From Oculina patagonica (Eukaryota): a stretch of DNA of 64,000 bases. The translations under genes and the position numbers were made by a program. The stretch spans positions 45,570,001-45,634,000 of the forward strand of contig NC_135761.1 in the NCBI RefSeq assembly GCF_052425735.1, written 5' to 3'. Within the stretch, counting starts at the first letter, position 1; every line of letters begins with the position of its first letter. Below, piece after piece: positions 24,074-38,500 of the stretch. The notes beneath the pieces were generated by a model, which was given only the letters and a program-made list of their open reading frames with translations, was not told the DNA's origin and did no database searches.

Positions 24074-27000
24074 TGCTGAAAGATAAAACAGAAAAAAAGA
24101 AGTATGTTTGAGAGAGTTTGACACAAATCTGGCGTTTCACATGACAAACAATTTCAAATATTTTTTTTTAAAATTAAACAAGACAGTCGTGCTGTTCTTC
24201 ATTACATACAAACTACGAGAACCTTTTCAAGCCATTAGGGGCCGACGAAAAAATGATTTTTGATTCGCAAAGAGTTATTGAGACGATTTTTTAGTCGTTG
24301 TTTCTAATGTGTTTGTCTCCGTTTTGAGACAAACAAGAATGACCTCATTTCAGTTCTAAGGGCTCTTTCCTCTCATGATAAACATCTTTATTACATGCTT
24401 ACTCCATAGGAAATAATCAAAAGTACTAATATTCCTGTGACCAAGTATATAGAGCACCGTATGTAAAGCGTTGTTAAACGCTTCTCCAATTTAACATAGA
24501 TAAAGTGTTTTTTATTAGTTCGTAAGTACAAAATTTAATTTGCCCAGCGGGAGAACTTTGAGTGTTTTGCCGCACACGGTATAGGCTTAACTTTTCTTTT
24601 GTCGACCAACAAAAGGTTTTGATTTCGGTTAAAGTAAGTTCCGTTTGAAATGACTAGGAGATTTTACTAATACTTTACTCAGCTTTCACTTGATTGAAAG
24701 CTAGCCAATATAATTCTAAGCTATTATGTTATTCTATTCACCGTAGCTACTGGATATGACGAGGATGTTTCGGTTTTGCAAATGTTTTCTTCGAAAGATA
24801 CTAATATAAAAAGACAATGATAATGTGCAGTTGTCAATATCCGGATTGCGTCACGTGACGTCATCTAAGGAGTTTTGAATGTGATTCTAATGTGCTTATT
24901 ATGCTTATTACTTAGTGCTTTAGGCCACCTTCTGTGTGCTAGACCTTGTAACAACCATAGCTTTTATCGATTGGAAGTAATGACGCGATCACTACTCATT
25001 CTGGTCCTCTAGAATCTCAATTTTTTTCCGTTAACACTATAAATACGAGAATACCTCGCACCGGTTCTGATTTTTCATCCTGTGTGCCTTGCGTGCCGAG
25101 GGTCATTTCTCATATACTATAAAGCCTAGGAATAAAAGACTTCCCGAAATGGAAAAGGTATTCTTCACGTATTCTTTAATATTTATCGAAGTTTTTTTTT
25201 TGTCATATTTGTCAAAGTTACTCATGAGAATTGTCGAAATCCTTTATCTCAAATACGCGAAAGCACATGGACTGCAATCGGCCAGTCAGCTAAGATTACT
25301 GAACCAGTCTGAATACAAGTAAAACAGTGGTTATTTTCTTCAAAACAAAAAGCAAATGTCCTATGCATGCAAGTATGCAAGAGGAAGGTGAACTGCTGAG
25401 CACGATTTCTGTTTGGTTACTAAACAGAATGATGTCAACGTAAAATCGGAAGTGGTGGAACGATCAATGCATGCGAAAAAAACAAAACAACAAAACACGA
25501 GCGTGTCTTTTTCGTGTTTACCTCGATTCGTCATGTTTACTCAGTTTTGTTTTCATGTAATGCAAGAAACTATCGTAATGATTTCCTACGGGGCAAGCCA
25601 TTAGAAGAAGTTTTCCTGCCTGAATGTCCCCACATGACATTTCGTGTCGCTTCGTGCAAACATGACGAAAATTAATTCAGAGAGCGAATCGCTAAGATAC
25701 AATTATCTCAAGCCGCGACACAAAAACACCTTATAGGCGTTATAGATATCATTGCTTAATTTGAACATGCACCTTGAACGAATTGATTTAACTAGACGTG
25801 TGACTTTAATTAGTCAAATCTAAAGAACATCGCTAAAGAGCTTATGAAAGCTTTAATGTCAATAAACCTCATAACGGAACCTCAGTTTTCCTGCTAACTA
25901 AACATCTTTAGCCTAAGCTTTAAGCCGAGTTCTAAGTTTGGCAATGTTGTAAAAAGTCATCCGAAGTTGCTTGGAAATAACAAAAACAAATTAGTTTTTC
26001 AATGGAAAAACGTATACTTTAAATAATGACTGAAACGGTGCAGCGACAGAATTAGACACAAAACATGCTTTGTTGTTGAAATCCAAGGATTTCGAACAAA
26101 AATTGCCATAAAATATGAAACGGAAAGCAAGATCAAAAGGAAGATTATTTTAAGGAAAAGTGGGTACTAATCCCAAATTAATTTATGCAGCATTTCCATT
26201 TTTTCTGTTATTTACGTAACTATGGTATCATTATTATTATTTGAAATATTTGAATAGTATGACATCTGTAATTTTTTTCTTGCTTTCTTTTTACATTGTT
26301 ATAAGCACTAGGTTAATTAAGATATCCCCCCCTTCTCTTTTATTTTTCGTTTCCTAGTTTGTAGTATTGCTAGTATTGTTATAATTATTCAAAGCAATGT
26401 AATCGCGTTTGTAACTTTCATGTGATTTGTATGTAAGTTATCTCAGTACTGTTAGTTATATGTAGAGTAATTGTAGAGTTAATTTTCATAATGCTAATTA
26501 TATAATTATTTTTGATTGTAAGTTAATTGTAAGTAATACTTCAGTGGTGGTCGTAGCATATAGTGCTTTCAGGAATTTGCATAAAGCAAAGTATATAAAA
26601 CAACAATTAATAAAATAATATTTTTAAGAGAAGAAAAAGCTGTTATACTTAAAAAGAATAAAGGTATGTGATTGTATCAATAATAGTACTTTATGATTTT
26701 CAACATTGGCATTTACATAGCAACTGGAGTGAAAAGGCTCCTAGGTGTCTCCAAAGAAGATGGCAGAATGTTGCCTTATCTTATTTTCCCTAAAAAAAAG
26801 CATTTTCAATCGATTTTAGAAAAAAAGAATCTAATTCCAAATTTTAGACTAAAGAAATTCTTAGATAGAGGGTGTCTAACTGGCAAATTGTAGCCTAACA
26901 GGTTCTTAAAAATTAGGTTCTTACTCTCGAGTTTTTACTGTAATGCAAATGAAACATGGCGTGCCATTGGTCCAGTTGTTTCTTGAGGATCCTGTGAAAA

Positions 27001-29229
27001 CAGAGATGCATTCATTTCACTTCCTGAAGTCAAGTTATTATTCCCTCCAACGATGGCCTTATGCATGAACTGGGAAGGAGTCCAGCATTTATTTTTGTTA
27101 ACATGAGTTATTAGGCAATTTTGTAACAAAGAAGACATAGCCATAGTTGTCATTCAGAAAACAACAGGGCTAGGGTTATTCAGTTTAAAATGGATGAGAT
27201 TTTCGTAACCTATATACCACGTAATAAAGAGTGAAGTTGTAGTCAAAACAGCTCAAGCTTTCCTCAGAAGGGCGAATTAATGAATTAATTAATTAATTCA
27301 GTCATTAATGGAGATTTGATATCATTCTTTGCTTCAATATTTCATTCCTGACAGGAGTAGTTCCATGTTTAAACAGCGACTCGATTCAGAACTCGAATGT
27401 TGATTGGATCGGTTGTCTGGCTTCACGCGACAGGCACGTGGGAATTTACCCAATTTGAATACGTTTTGCCCAACTATCTCACTCACGGTGTCTTTTCGTC
27501 GTTTTGTTTTTGCCAATCGCTTATTTTCATGATGAATTGTAGTGTCTATATTTGAATATATGTGTATGAATAGAAAGACATATATCTGCGTTCTCTGTTA
27601 AAGAACAGCTCCTCGATTCAAACTCGGTATTATTTTAAAGTTTATGAATAAATATGACAGTGTAATAAGAACTAGAAAGGAAATGATATCTCGATAAAAA
27701 CTCAAACAACGTGCTGATGATTTCTTCGTGGCATTCGCTAAATTCGAAAAGAGCAGAAATTGCGTTTTTGAAAATATTCAATAATGTCAATGAAAATATT
27801 AAGTCTTGGGATGAAAAGATTTGAAGACCGGCCTACGCCACGCGTTTCCTATCAAAGGTTGCGTTTAAGATCTTTGCTAAAAAATGTTATGGAAAGGCAA
27901 ACTTTAAATATATATCAAGCTTACCATTTCGTCATTAGAGAATCCAAGAGCCATGTTTTTATGGGTGTTACTGCATTCTAAGCTCACTTCACCCTTGAAC
28001 GTTTGCAACACACACTAGAAGAATATGCCGTTGTTTCGTGATCTTGTTTTTCCTCACGAGATTTTGTCAGTGAATGCGAATCACTTTGTGTCGGACTCAT
28101 TTCCCGTTCAACAATTTTGTTTTCTTATAAAAAATAAACAATGCACCGACATCCTTTTTAAAACCCGAGCCCTGAGGGTTTTCATACACTAAAAGTACTT
28201 TGCGATGATTTTTTTTTTCTGTATGGTAGAGAGTTTTGGAAACAAGCTTCTCTCAAAAAGTTTTTTAAGGTTTTGTGTTCTGTCGTTTTAGGTTTTTAGA
28301 TACAATTTGATTGTTAAAAATTAAAGTTTAATGCATTAGCTTTCTTGTTCTTGTATGACGTTCATTTATGGCCTGTTAGACGCCGCTGACGAGAACATCT
28401 TTCAGTGCAAACATTGTGATAACGAATTATTTTAAAATGCTATTTCTGAGCTCCTATTGGTCGGTGTTTTTATACAGGTCATAGTGCAAGTCTTTTCAAA
28501 CAGAGCTGTTTATCAATGTTTTTAATTGTTTTAAAAAGCCCTTTATGGTCATCATACTTGCCCATGCGCAATGGCTTTGTATAAAAATTCTTTATATTAT
28601 AACCAGTTAACCAGAAAACAAGTCAGGTCTACAAGGCACTCTCTGACAGCTCCTAGTGATACAAATTCTTTATTTTGAATCTAGAGAATTTTGTCTATAC
28701 AATAAGCAATTCAGAAGACAAAATACCATTTCACAGCCTATTGTTCTATAATTGACTTATTTGGTACTTAAGATATTCACAGTGGAATGCTTAGTTTAGT
28801 CATTTTATTTTGTTAGTGGCTACTTTCTTCAACAAGACATACATCTGGAATGGAAATATTATGCTTTAATTGTGCATCGTGATAATTAGCAGTTTAGCCA
28901 ACACTGTGCTAACGTGACATTATATAGACCAATGTGTGAGTTTCTTACTTGCTAGTAATAACATCGTTTTTAGGAATCAGCGCTGGAAAATATTTTCGGC
29001 AGATTTTATTTTAAAGTTTGATACAGTCATGAACATAACCATTTACTGACTGTGAAATTGTCTCAGAAGAATATTTCAGACATTTCAACCTTCAACTGAT
29101 GACATCATTTGGGGCATACTGGTGCCCAGTCTCGCTGAAGTTTCTGATTAGGATACAGGTAGTAAGAATTAGTTTTAGGGTAAAATAGTATGTCATTTAG
29201 GTGTCTCGATATAGACAGGATAATTGACG

Positions 29230-29355
29230 TAAGACTAGCTTCCTATCCAGGGAGAGTAAAAAGACTCCCAGTCGCTTCATGCTACGGCAGCCGGGCTAAG
29301 CTCCGGCCTGACGGGCCTCTAGGCTCGAACGCAGACTTTACGTTACCTTACCTTA
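29230..29355 (+). mobile_element. 3' half of the same SINE family
   Basis: AGTCGCTTCATGCTAC...AAGCTCCGGCCTGA...GCAGACTTTAC matches 1954-2030. Confidence 0.75.
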
Positions 29356-32300
29356 CTCCTCAAAATAGGCACTCGATCGTCGGTTGTTACCTTAAAACCT
29401 AGATGTTTTTTTTATTTCGGTCAGGTCTTAGTAAGGGTCTGGACATGAAAGATGCCCTTCGGTGCAACACATAAAACTTGGAAATCATTTAGCGACTTTT
29501 TTTTTAGAAAGTGTAGTTGAAATTAGTAGAGAACGAGTTTCCACCATTGTGCTAAAATACTACTTAATTATTGGTGGAAACAATATTTTTGTATCCAGAT
29601 CAAACATGTCTTTGTTTTGAACTTGATGGACGTTTTTTCGAAAGAAGCAAATGTCGTCTGAATGCTCCAACGATGTCACAATGTTTAATTTTTGTCTGCT
29701 AACAACGGAAAATACATTCATATCATAAAGGTATTGTCATTCATCTAATTGTTCTGCGAGTCACAATATAGACAAAATGAGGTGCAAATGCGTGGAATAG
29801 AGAATAAAGGCAAGATAAATGCAGTAAATGTAATATTTTTCCATACCTTGGATGAATTTGGAGACGCGCACTCTTGCACTACTGACGCCTTCCAAGGGGT
29901 TTTGGCAACAGGCGACATTGCTCCAAAATAGCTAAAACTGTAGTGACAATCTTGTTCAAGAGCAACGACAAGCGACAGAAACTAGCACTAAAAGGATGTA
30001 TATTTGCGACAGCGACAACGTTTCCCTCACCAAATAAGCGACTGGTGTGTTGGAAACGAGTGACAAAGCAATCTCAGACAACCCATTGGAAGGCCTCTCA
30101 GACTAACACCTGCAAATTGTCTTTATGTAATAGCATTTAAAAGAACCTTTACCGTTGGATCAAGTCGCTTTATTCCAGTATCTGACGACAACAATTTTAG
30201 TGCACAGATTTTAGAGTGCAATAGGATATATTGACATAATTTTCAAAAAAAATAATGTTAACTGTTCAGGATCTGTAAGCTGAATAAATTAAGATAAATG
30301 GGGTTCCTTGTTGACAATGTGACAATGTATTGTTTCTACCGATTTTTATTCTGCTATGCCTTAACAACAGTTTTCTTTCATGTTATTTAAAAAAGATTAA
30401 AACCCTAGGAAAAGCAATATAATAAATACCAAAATTCACTTTGGTTTTCAAAGTGTATTTCAGTGAATAAATTAATTCTAAATTGAATCGATTGCTGACG
30501 CGCATGAATTGCAGTTTATTTTATTTGCAGCTGTTGAATATTAGATTTTTCAGTGGTACTAATTTTCTTGAAAAGAAAAGTATGAACGTTTGGCACCACG
30601 TGCGGAGAGGACGGACATCCTGGGAGACAGAGGAAACCCGACCGCCCAAACAAAGAGACAGACGTTTGGGCCAACCTTTACACACAGTTTGTTCTACAAC
30701 GAGAGAGTCATTTAAATATTGACGGTATCTGATTCTAGTTTCACCGCTCATGTTTATATCTATTAATAATAAAAGCGGACGAATTCCTACTTGCCAAAGT
30801 GAACTTGATAAAAAACAAAATAATCCGAACCGCCACAAAACATAAAACATGCATTGACATACAATAAATACTTTTTAAAAAGAAAAGAGTTGTAGTTTTC
30901 ACCCGGTGGTTGATTTACGATTGCGGAATGGTTATTGATGTCATTGATATTCATTTCAAAGTCTGATATTTTTGCTAGTTTTTTTTTTCAATAAATGGCT
31001 AAAATGATTAAAATGATACTACGGTATATTTTCATTTTAAATTTGTAAACAATATATCTTGCCTTAAGGTTAAGCGGAAAAATGGAAAACGAAATACGTT
31101 TTATCGCAACCTTCAGGGCAGAAGTAAGATCTTGTATTTTGCTGCATTGCCAGCACATTAATGTATTTGAATTGAAATCCTGCCCTCAAATGAACTGCTT
31201 TCTTTCTCATTAATTAAATACCATATACGTTTCACAGTGTCAACAGTTCAGCAGTGATTTTTTTTACGGAAAGCTACAATTTGGGGGCAAAAAAGACAGA
31301 GATCTTTGTAAAGAAACCTACACTTATTCCTTTGTTATCATCCTGTATTTTTTTGCCTCTAAACAATGAAGACTGTGACAGTTCATTTTTTTGAAAATAA
31401 GGTGCTTTGCTAATTCCTACCATTGAAAAACTCTGCAACGTTTGGACTAATGTGCGGTAGGAAACCCTTCCTCAGTTTCTCCAACCAACAAAATGCACCA
31501 CTTGCTATTAAAAGACATCAAAACTAACTCAAGTTTCAGATCTCTGCAATTATTGTGGTACAAGGTTTAAAAATAGTACAGTAGTAATACTCCTCACCTA
31601 AACAAATAACACCAACCTGCTTCTCTCGAAGAAGTTTGCTGGGTCCTTTTTTAAGTCTGTGTCACTGTCTTTGCACCTGGTGAAAGTTCAAGCAAGAAGA
31701 AACGAAAGGATTATTCTGAAAGATCGTCAGACCATCTGGTCTGTTATCTTTAGTTTAAATCCAAGACAGTATACGCACACAAACTAATTTTTTTACGTCA
31801 ACAACGTATTTTTGCTTTACTAGTATTTACTTCTAAATTAAGACGTCCACAAAATTAAATTCCAAGGTAAACACAACCCAAATTTATTCAAGGAATTGAG
31901 AAATTCTGATCTACTTTATCTGAAGTTTTTTGGAAGGTAATAAACAAAATCAATGACTCAAAATACTGGCAATTTTGGTGTTCGAAATGGTCGCGCCATA
32001 GTTCCTCTGCCAAGTTGTTTTATGCCGGCATTCACACAAACAAAAAAGCCCCGGAGGAGCTAAAACCTTTCAAGCTCCAAAAGCCGCTTCCATATCTAAA
32101 ACGTTTGCTTCAATTTAGATAAATGTTTCAGTCGTTGTCCAACTTGCAGAATAAACATTGCCAGTCGACGATTAGAAAATTGCACGGACAGGATACGGTG
32201 TACATTGTAGAACAGGCAATTTGTCATGCTAGCTGCCGATCATGTTATCTTATCAAATTTTGAATTCACGTAAGAGCAAACGAAATCATTAATTTTCTCT

Positions 32301-33266
32301 TTTAGAATCAATAATCTTTACAAGACTGTTTTGACAACATTTGTTGTTTCCCTTCCCGTAGATAAGACAATATAATCATGCATCCGTTTTATCAAAAATA
32401 CAATCAAATATTTCGGGTCAGACGTGCGGCTAGAACTGACTACTGTCTGTAAAGGGAATAGATATAACGTTATTATTTTCATGTAAAGCAACACACACCA
32501 ATTCGTTAAGATTAAATAACAGCAAAAATACCTCTAGCGGTTTGTGCCTGGTTTGCTTATCATCACAAGTATAACACAATTCTTTCAGAACTACTGAGAT
32601 AATATCGACCATTGGGTAAAAGTTGTTTTATATTGTTAGACGGTATTACAATAAGTGTTGTGTTATAAGTGTTGTTTTCTTAAAGATTTTGTAGGATTCA
32701 TTCTTGCCCGCTAATAAAGGTTTCATTTCAGCGGAAAATGGTTTATTATACTGATTGAAATTAGATAAGAAGAAATTCCATTTAAGGTGTAAAGCTAAAT
32801 GGTTACGTGCTGATTCATAATGATAAATTCGGGTCACAACATGAAATGAGAGACAGTGAACTGAAGATGAATTAGAAATTCTGGACTAGTTAGAAAAAAA
32901 AAACGTATGGATCAACTGTTTTATTGATTGCTTTAGCAAAGCGCATGGATAACTTTATCAATTTTTTATTTTTGTTTTTCACACAAGACTATAATTGGCA
33001 CGGTTTTTGTACAGACTGTCATGTGTGACACCAAAAATTATTTGACAACGTTTTTGATTGGCTACTGTAATTTCGTGCGTGGCATAACAATTAGCCCTGA
33101 CTCTTCCTCGAAGAAAGAAGGTCCAGAGCCTATTGCCGTAGAAAACGGCTTGGCTGTTTGCATATATCAAAGTCATTCTTTTCTATATTATTGAGGTCTT
33201 CCACATCCAAGCCTTATTAGTATCTTTCTAAGTTACTTTTTAACCTTTCTGTGTCGTCTGATTTAA

Positions 33267-33646
33267 AGGGACTGGTCACGGTTTAGCACAAATTTAGGCA
33301 TCGGAAATAACCATCAAATTCGGTGAAATATAAAAATAACCTTTTAAAACAATGAAGGAAAATTTCAATAACATAGGAAAAACAAAAGAAGGTATGGGTG
33401 GCCAAAGGCGACGAAGATTAACACGGATTGCGAAATGGATTTTTGAAATACTGTTGGGCTGAACGTTCGAGCCTCGTTTGCTTGTAACTTTAAATTATAT
33501 CGCCAGGGAGACATATTTGGTTGCAATAAAGCTATAGTTTTATCATTTTGATCCATAGAAGTTATTTCTTTGCAAACATTCAGTTTCATAGCAAGTATTT
33601 GGTAAAACTTAAAAAATAACTTCAGCTCAGCTGTGACACATTCCCT
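33267..33646. mobile_element. TTAA-flanked non-autonomous DNA transposon (Kolobok-like)
   Basis: TTAA|AGGGACTGGTCACGG...CTGTGACACATTCCCT|TTAA; second copy at 12760-13271. Confidence 0.7.
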
Positions 33647-35337
33647 TTAAATAAAAGCTATTTCCCCTTTGCAGGATTCAGTCATTCCTGATTGCTTCTT
33701 GAAGGAACGTATGTAATTTTTTATAAGCCTGCTGTACAATAAAAAAGTGGACTCGCCTCGAAGCTTCAAGAGACTGAAACATTTATCATGAGAATACCAA
33801 AAGGACCTTGCCAAAATGACATCGATAACGTTGTTTTAGTAACGCGGGATCTAGGTATGCTTTTGAAAATATTTCCGTAAAAATTCTCCAGTATTTTTTT
33901 AATACAAACAGATGGTGATACAAGCACAGGGAAAGACAGGGAAAAGTTACTTTCATCCGTATGCTTGTGTCCTCTGAGGGACCGCCGGGGGCGTGTCCGA
34001 GCGAGAGTCCGGAGTCCCAGTCACCTGTGGGGAGGGCGAGGAGGCCGCAGCGGGTCCGAAGGGAGAGGAGTGTATATTGGTGTGATCACATTTCCATGAA
34101 ATAAAAAGACTTTTCTCTTTTGCTTTATGTATTTGCTATTATACTTGTGTCGCTAGCGAAAACCAAGCTTTAATTCATGTTATTGCTTTCAAAAAGGCCC
34201 CACAACCATGTACACAATAGGAATAGAGTAAGGGAAGTGATAAAGCAAAATACCTCATTTTTATAGAGTTATTTTTGAATTTTTAAAAATGTGACAACTA
34301 CCTAACATTTATGAAAGATGTTAGAACGTATTCTTTATACCATAGAATCTTCAATTTGAAAACACCTAGAACCCTTACTACATATGTACACATATAGTAT
34401 ACATGAACTCCAAAAGCTACGGATATAGAGCTAAACCCTTGGTCGACGTACCCTGCATGATACCATTTCGACACTTAGGCAAGGACTGTCTCTCTCACAA
34501 CTACTAGACAAACTTTGTCTTCTCGTACTTCCTTTAAAATTCATTATTTTATGCCTTGTCTTGGCAGAAGGTCTCACCATAATGCTTATTAAAGATATGT
34601 ACGTTAAAATTTAAATTTCAATAATTTTATAATTGCATTTTAGATCTACAAATAATGAAAAACATTCTCTTCTTTTATTTCCTTTCAGGTATTTTCTTTG
34701 CTATCTGTTTTTTTTTAAGAATTATTTTAATACAGCTACCTAAACTTTGACGTGTGAAATGTTTTGTGGTCTGAATGATGAGTCCATTACGCCAAACCGT
34801 TTCCATATCTCTGTCAAAATTACGTGCGAAAATATATTAGAAATATACTTCCTAATAATTGACGTTTGACGACATGCCACTTACGTCTTTAACAGACTTG
34901 TCATTTGCTATGTTTATTCTATTTGTTGTAAATCACGCAGACGTGACTGTTGTGTGGAATTAATCCTCTCGGGTGGTTTCAAGCTTTTTTTTGCTATTTG
35001 CTAATCAAAGTAATTTTTATATACAAAAAGGACAGTTTTCTTAGAAGTATTTCACATACTGTCAGATACGGTAATAAAAAACATAAGATAAAACTTGTAA
35101 TGATCTTATGTTATGGCCAATCAGCGATCAGTATTTGTGAGGGTCAGATTGTAGCCATGCATCGCGAGGGCGAAGAAACAAACAACACTGTAAAAAAAAA
35201 TCCAAGCTCATTGTTTGCAAAAACACACGAGGATTCAAATAAAAAAATACACTGAAAAAACGTTTAATGTCTTAAATGGCTTAGAAAGGAGACAATTGCA
35301 CAAAAACTTTCCCGTCTGACTAAAGACGTTGTTTCTA

Positions 35338-35512
35338 CAAATGGACCCCGCTTATTCATACTCGGTTATTTCGAATTGCCCGTTATTTAGATCTAAAACC
35401 CATATCCCTTGAATTTGGCCATCAGTCATTTACTATCGGCTTTTTCGAACTTCCGCTATTTCGAACTATTTTTGGTTTCCCCTGACAGTTCGAAATAACG
35501 GGTTTCGACTGT
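35338..35512. mobile_element. Degenerate pogo/Tigger-like MITE
   Basis: Repeated TATTTCGAA units; right end CGGGTTTCGACTG|TA. Confidence 0.55.
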
Positions 35513-38500
35513 ATTAAGGTCTTTTTTACGCCTTTAAGTGAAATTCATTAACCCAGATTTAACGTTCTAATAACTTTTACTCCTAGTAACTTGCTCGTTT
35601 AAAAATATGTTTCACACAGAAAAAAAAAACTATCGGTCGGGCTTGGCCATGCGATATTAATCTTTTTGTGTTTATCTCGATCTCTCAATTAAGTTAACAG
35701 CTACTTATTGAACGAACGTCGGCAAAACTATTGGCCACAAGATTTATACGTGCGAGGTCAGTGAAGCACTCTATCTTTAAAAAGGCGCTTTCCTACTAAA
35801 CCCACTCAGTCAATAAGGACTAAACATATCACCTCTGTATTTTTCTTGGTAAAAACAAGAAAGATGCTAACGCTTGAGGATGCTAAGTGAATAGCTTTTG
35901 GGCGGACACTCGAAATGTTTTCCTTTTGGGTTCAGCTCAGGAGGTTTTTGAGAGCCTTCTACATTCGCTCGTTCAAGCGCGTAGGTGTTTATCTTATAAC
36001 GCGTGGGACTAAACAAATCGTTAACGACAAAATATTAAGTTAAACACTCAAAGAAAATTTTATATCTCCGCTGGGTCTTTGTCGTTCTCTATTTACTATC
36101 ACGGTGGGCGCTTCATGGAAAGTACCCCAGGTCAGTCCATCTCATTCGGATTCCCTCGGTATTGTCGAAAATGTTCGAGATCGAGGAAAAATACATTTTG
36201 ATTCATGAATAGTCGGAAAACCTGGACGGATCCTCTACCAGACTTCGGGTGTCTTCGGATATCAGCGAACCGTATTCGGAAAGTCTCGAGCAATCTTTTA
36301 TGAAAAAATTGAAATTGCCCCAAAATAACTTATTATATTTTTTGTTTCAAAGTAAAAAGTGTTTCGGCAATTTTCGGGTAGCTTAAACCAAAAAGATTGG
36401 TGTCCGTAGAATTATTAGACCGAGTTTTAAACTATATTGTCCTCACTTTGAAACAACTTTTGTAACATAAAACAGAAATTCATACCCTTTCACCTCTTGA
36501 AATAAGTTATCCCTGCCAAACCTAATGCAATCGCAATTTCGGCGGCGCTATACCGATCATTCCTTATTTAAATTTCTACGTAAGTGATCTCTCAAAATTA
36601 ATGGACATTAGCCTCTTTGATTTCAGCCTTAGTTTCGTGCTCAGAATCACGATCGCGATGTCAAAATCGGCAAGTGAAGATGTTGTTTTTGGTGTGTGAT
36701 TAAGATAACGGTCGCCCGTGCAACTGAAGAAAAACCTAAAATCTTGGGTTTAATATGCAATCGTGCTAGCCGAATTAACCTTTTGTGTACAATCAGTTCC
36801 AACATAACATGTTGAAATAAACTTAAATGTGGGAATAATCTTTGAAGCATGAAAAATATACGCTAAATGAAATACATTTATCATGGAATGTCAAAATGAT
36901 AGATTCTGAATAACCTTTTCGGTTGCTTTGTCTTTTCAGAGAAAGGGAATAAAATCTGATGTCTATAAAAAATATATTTTCGTGTTTTATTTTCAGTGCG
37001 ATTAACGCTGATTTCTCTGTTTTTTTCAATAGCACACATACAAATACGAGCGGAAACAAGCGGCTCGATATTTTTCCCGAGGTCAATCGAACAGCGAAAC
37101 AGTTACTTTATCAGGAAAGCGCTTTCTTGATTTCTTTTGTTGAGCAATCTTCAGCTAGTGCTAAAAGCAAATATCGAACAAAAACGCTTTGAGTCAAAAA
37201 CTACGGTCTTTGAGAAACCGAAGTTTTATACTGAATCCTAATATTGAAGGAAGGCTTCATGACAAGTGATCAGACGAAAACCTAATTTCATCCCCGTATT
37301 TCGAAATTGGCAATAAATCCGTGCAAACGAAGACTTAACGAATTAAAAAAAAGATAATAAATATAGATGGCGTAGGCTCCACGGAAGGATACAATATCTT
37401 TAATGCATTAAAGCAGAAATACGTGATTTCCCTCAGACTGTAAAATCAAAATATCTTTTTCGGTGCTAAGAAATGTCAACACATTTATGTCTTAAATTGC
37501 TAACCATTTTTACGAAAGTTTGATGGCTACTTGAAATATTCATCAGTGGCGAAAATAAGCATCACCAACGACATATCAAAAATTAGGTAAATCGACAGAT
37601 TTGTACGTAATACTTGTTTCTATTTGTATCGGGATATTTTTTCTACTATTTGTTTTATTTGGACCAAAAATTTCTTTTAACTACATATTTCGATCATGCC
37701 TTATAATAAACCGGATGCGTAGCCAATGTATATTTCTTTTACTCTGATTTTCCTTTTTTAAAGTGTTATATATGTATGATTTGAGAATTATAAACTTCAG
37801 ACAGACATCATTGAGCAGACCTCAACCACCGCTGTGTAATGCTTTACCAAGAAAGACTTAAAAACCGCTTTACGTGGCGGTTATTGGCAAGCCACGAATA
37901 TGCATTTACTAGATAAAAAAAATGTTGCGCCGCTCAATCGTTAAATCACAGAATTTATTGCGGTTATTTGTAGCCATGAACAAATAGAGAAATAAAAAGA
38001 GAAAATAATAACAAAAAACAACAACAAAAGAAACAAACTAGCAAAGTTATGTAAAGAAATCAAAATAAACATTGACATACTTACCGAAAATATAAGCCAG
38101 GCTCGAGGGAAGATCATCGTGAAATTGTTCGTTTGCCTTGCGTGGTTGCTACTATGGCTAAGCTGTTTACGCAGTAAATGAAAGATTTTGGCTTACCGCC
38201 GATGTCGCTTTGTGTAGCATTGAAAAAAGCCGAGGACAAACGGAAAGAAACAGTGTGTCGTTTACCACGCACCGGAAAAGAACAGAGGACATTATCCCTG
38301 CTTAGTAAAGTAGTTTTCAAATCATTGAGTTTTGCCTTTATGTTGCAAACCTTAACGAAGTCAGCTGTCAAATGCAAAATACTGCCTGCGAAAGTAACCT
38401 TGAACTGTTTCAATAAAAAGGGCACAAATTGATTTTCTGGCAGAATAAAAGGAATCGGATTTAAACTTCACTTTTTTTAGTAAAACACAATGTGCAAGAC

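Noticed and set aside
24845-24865. Overlapping E-box/CRE (CACGTGACGTCA) as the GPCR promoter
   Set aside because: The same motifs occur in repeats elsewhere (19245, 40092, 41164), and the transcription start site is unknown.
30483-30850. Small ORFs as a possible intergenic gene
   Set aside because: No recognisable domain and no consistent exon chain; this cannot be fully excluded without RNA data.
33977-34070. HDV-like ribozyme (the minus strand contains GCCUCCUCGC)
   Set aside because: The 3' strand of P3 and the P1/P2 pairings required by the HDV fold are missing.
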